Shown: piece after piece, positions 61,871-64,000 of the stretch
Layout of the letters: each line of letters begins with the position of its first letter
Numbering within the stretch: position 1 is the stretch's first letter
Source of the DNA: an uncultured bacterium
GTDB lineage: Bacteria > Patescibacteriota > JACMRA01
Length of the DNA: 64,000 bases
Assembly: GCA_963784355.1 (NCBI GenBank)
Contig: CAWAQU010000007.1
Location: forward strand, 1-64,000
Reading direction: 5' to 3'
Translations under genes and position numbers: made by a program
The notes under the pieces: model-generated
The model's database searches: none
What the model was told of the DNA's origin: nothing
What the model saw: only the letters and a program-made list of their open reading frames with translations

Positions 61871-62041
61871 TTATATCCCATATGGTGTTTGTCCATAACC
61901 GGAAGTTGATTTAGATTTATCTTTTTCAAGATTTTTACTAAATAGTGTATTGATACCGCCGGTAGCAAAAACTACAAAGAACCCGGTTAAGATTTTCAAA
62001 AAACTTCTTCTGCTTATTTTTTTTGTTTGTGTGCTTGACAT
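61871..62041 (-). CDS. 56-aa stand-alone twin-arginine signal micro-protein (not in the ORF track)
   Basis: Hand translation: MSSTQTKKISRRSFLKILTGFFVVFATGGINTLFSKNLEKDKSKSTSGYGQTPYGI*. Exact S-R-R-x-F-L-K plus h-region, lying between two tatA genes. Confidence 0.85.
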   Translation of the reverse strand: MSSTQTKKISRRSFLKILTGFFVVFATGGINTLFSKNLEKDKSKSTSGYGQTPYGI

Positions 62042-62077
62042 AAATATTTGTTTTTTGTTTGTGTGCTTGATTTATTA

Positions 62078-62317
62078 TTACTTAGCTAACTCTTTTGCAG
62101 AGTCTGCATTAATGCCTGCTTCTACTTTACTGTTATTTGATTTAGCTTCATTGATTTGATGTCCTAATGATTCTTGAGTATCAGCAAGCTCTTTTTTAAA
62201 AGATTTAAATGCTTTACCTAAGCTTCCTGCTGTTTCTGGTAATTTATCTTTACCAAAGAATACTATAGCTAGAAAGCCTATAATTAGTAGTTCTGGTATA
62301 CTTGGTCTTGGGAACAT
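62078..62317 (-). CDS. tatA: TatA (copy 1)
   Basis: Same FG..KLP / FKK motifs with a longer C-terminal tail. Confidence 0.92.
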   Translation of the reverse strand: MFPRPSIPELLIIGFLAIVFFGKDKLPETAGSLGKAFKSFKKELADTQESLGHQINEAKSNNSKVEAGINADSAKELAK

Positions 62318-62400
62318 AATTGTATATTGTTATTTGTTTTTGTTAGTGTAAATTTACACCTATAGTAATATTATAACTCAGTTTTTTTGTTTATGCAAGT

Positions 62401-63999
62401 TTACTGTATTTTTACAGTCTTCTCTTGAGAAAAGCTTATACTATCAAGAGTTTTCAGAGATTGTATTGTGGATTTAGGGGATTTGAACTCTCCTTTATTT
62501 ATAACTCTTGCATAAAATACGATTGGTCCCTTACTCTCTTTACCAATACAAAAGCTTGTTTTTTGATTGTCGGTACTATATGGGTACCAGACTTCTTTGC
62601 TGTAAACCCATGCATCTCCGGGTGTTTTTGAGGTAGTTTTTAAGCCTGCAGGTAAATAGATAGAGGCTTCATAACAACTATTGTCGATTTTAGATTGATC
62701 TGCGACATAGTTAGCCTCTACTTTTACTAAATCAGCATCATTTAATGAATTTGTTTCCTTATCATTTTGATAAAATTTTAGATCCAAATTTAAATCTTTA
62801 TTGTTGGTAATGTCTTTGATTGGAGTTTGATAATTTGTAACAATACCTAATTGTCCGCTAATGACTTTTAAATCTAATTTAGCTAGGTCCTGTGAGTTTA
62901 TTTCAATGCTATAACTCTGGTTGTTTTCCAATTTTTTGGAGATATTTTGTTCGTTTTGTTTGAAATTAAATTCAACTTTTTGAGGTTTTTGATAATTTAG
63001 AATTGATTCAATGGTTTCAAGCTCAAGTCCGTAATAAATATTAGTTTTGGGTTGGTTAGCTAAATAGTATCGATATAGGTTTTTTGACTGATCCTCATTT
63101 AATTTTGCTCCAAGCAGGCTTTCAAGAAGAGTGTAATAGCTAATTTCATCAGGACTTTCTCCTATTTTTAAGCTAATGGACCTATCTTCCTTGATTTGAT
63201 ATTTGTTGAGTAAATCAGTGTAAATTTTTCTTGCGGCTTCTTTGTTTTCAGCTTCTATAAAAGCCAGAGCAGTAAATAGTTGCTCTTTAGGTGAAAGGTC
63301 TACAATGCCGGCGACTTCGTTGATTTGATTTAAAGCGTTGTCTTTTAGTTTACTTAAACCATACAATGCAATAATTTTACGTTCTCTAGACTCGTTTGGA
63401 TCAGTAATTACTTTATTTAAATAACTTTTTAGGGTTTCATTTTCAAATTTGTTTTTGCCTATTCCAATTGCATAGACACTTGTTTCCAGGTCTGGTGAGC
63501 TGTAAGGATAAATGGCCCAACCATTTGAAGGATTTTGGTAAAGTGTGTAGTCATTATTTGAGTTAATTGCGGCACTTTGGGTAAAGTATCGGTTTAAAAA
63601 CTCAGTAGAAATGTCTCTAGCAAGTTTTTGATCTAACCTATCGCCTGACTGATTTTGCAACTCGGTAAGTCTTTGGTAATATTCACTGCTTGTTTGGTTT
63701 TGGAAAGTTAGAGCAAGTTTTGTATTGTCAGAAACTTTGAATTTTTGGAGTTCTTCGGGGGTAAAGTACTTGACTTCAGTTTTAGTAATTTGGGGGCTTA
63801 AAACATTTATTTCTCTGGTTAGATTATCTACTTGATCACCTGATTTCGCTGCAATATTGAATTTGTGTTTGCCGATCGGTAAGTTTGGTAGCTCAAAATC
63901 TACCGGGTTGCTGCCTTTTGATTCAACTATCTTGTTTTTAATGTTTAAACTCTCGGAATTTATCGTGAAATTTACAGACTGATCTGCAGGTAAATTTGT
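62401..63999 (-). CDS. Alpha-2-macroglobulin-like protein, C-terminal part (5' end outside the window)
   Basis: Frame is open to the window edge. MG-like beta domain, YQNPSNGWAIYP alpha/alpha barrel, YLPAGL, FYARVINKGEF. Confidence 0.75.
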   Translation of the reverse strand, partial: TNLPADQSVNFTINSESLNIKNKIVESKGSNPVDFELPNLPIGKHKFNIAAKSGDQVDNLTREINVLSPQITKTEVKYFTPEELQKFKVSDNTKLALTFQNQTSSEYYQRLTELQNQSGDRLDQKLARDISTEFLNRYFTQSAAINSNNDYTLYQNPSNGWAIYPYSSPDLETSVYAIGIGKNKFENETLKSYLNKVITDPNESRERKIIALYGLSKLKDNALNQINEVAGIVDLSPKEQLFTALAFIEAENKEAARKIYTDLLNKYQIKEDRSISLKIGESPDEISYYTLLESLLGAKLNEDQSKNLYRYYLANQPKTNIYYGLELETIESILNYQKPQKVEFNFKQNEQNISKKLENNQSYSIEINSQDLAKLDLKVISGQLGIVTNYQTPIKDITNNKDLNLDLKFYQNDKETNSLNDADLVKVEANYVADQSKIDNSCYEASIYLPAGLKTTSKTPGDAWVYSKEVWYPYSTDNQKTSFCIGKESKGPIVFYARVINKGEFKSPKSTIQSLKTLDSISFSQEKTVKIQ

Positions 64000-64000
64000 A

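Larger units (their letters stand above)
61693..62320. repeat. 158-bp identical direct repeat (61693-61850 and 62163-62320) covering both tatA cores
   Basis: Base-by-base identity from CCTAATGATTCTTGAG to GGGAACATAAT. Confidence 0.92.

Noticed and set aside
61950-62159. 69-aa plus-strand ORF
   Set aside because: Antisense to tatA and to the Tat-signal micro-gene, which have far better motif support
1-64000. Alternative genetic code (UGA=Gly, code 25)
   Set aside because: Long conserved genes (fusA, dnaB, ftsK, rnj) are full-length under code 11, and TGA ends ORFs such as elp3

Overview
AT-rich bacterial chromosome segment (standard genetic code) whose gene content suggests a Patescibacteria/CPR organism. 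The evidence is Elp3, VirB2/TrbC-type pilins, PilB, a non-PGKG EF-P, few Shine-Dalgarno motifs and almost no biosynthetic genes. The core is housekeeping (metG, murD, pheS, pth, ftsX, rnc, parB, ftsK, HU, fusA, dnaB, rpmH, rnpA, rnj, murI, clpP, parA, prfA, efp) with five tRNAs. The strongest lead is a compact Tat locus at 56.7-62.3 kb. It holds tatA, an unannotated 56-aa ORF made only of a perfect twin-arginine signal (SRRSFLK) plus a GYGQTPYG tail, a second tatA, a membrane protein with a related GYG motif, a signal-less S74-chaperone fibre protein starting MPTKRLPIPGQDNGNWG, and a divergent tatC. This suggests folded fibres are exported using a signal peptide supplied in trans. Other leads are an Elp3 plus Trm9/ALKBH8-like methyltransferase pair, an IS3 element splitting a 730-aa gene with a RelE-like C-terminus, a five-fold tandem pilin, a RelA/SpoT-like gene behind an attenuator, and an alpha-2-macroglobulin lacking its thioester motif. 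All calls come from reading motifs by eye; no database searches were run.
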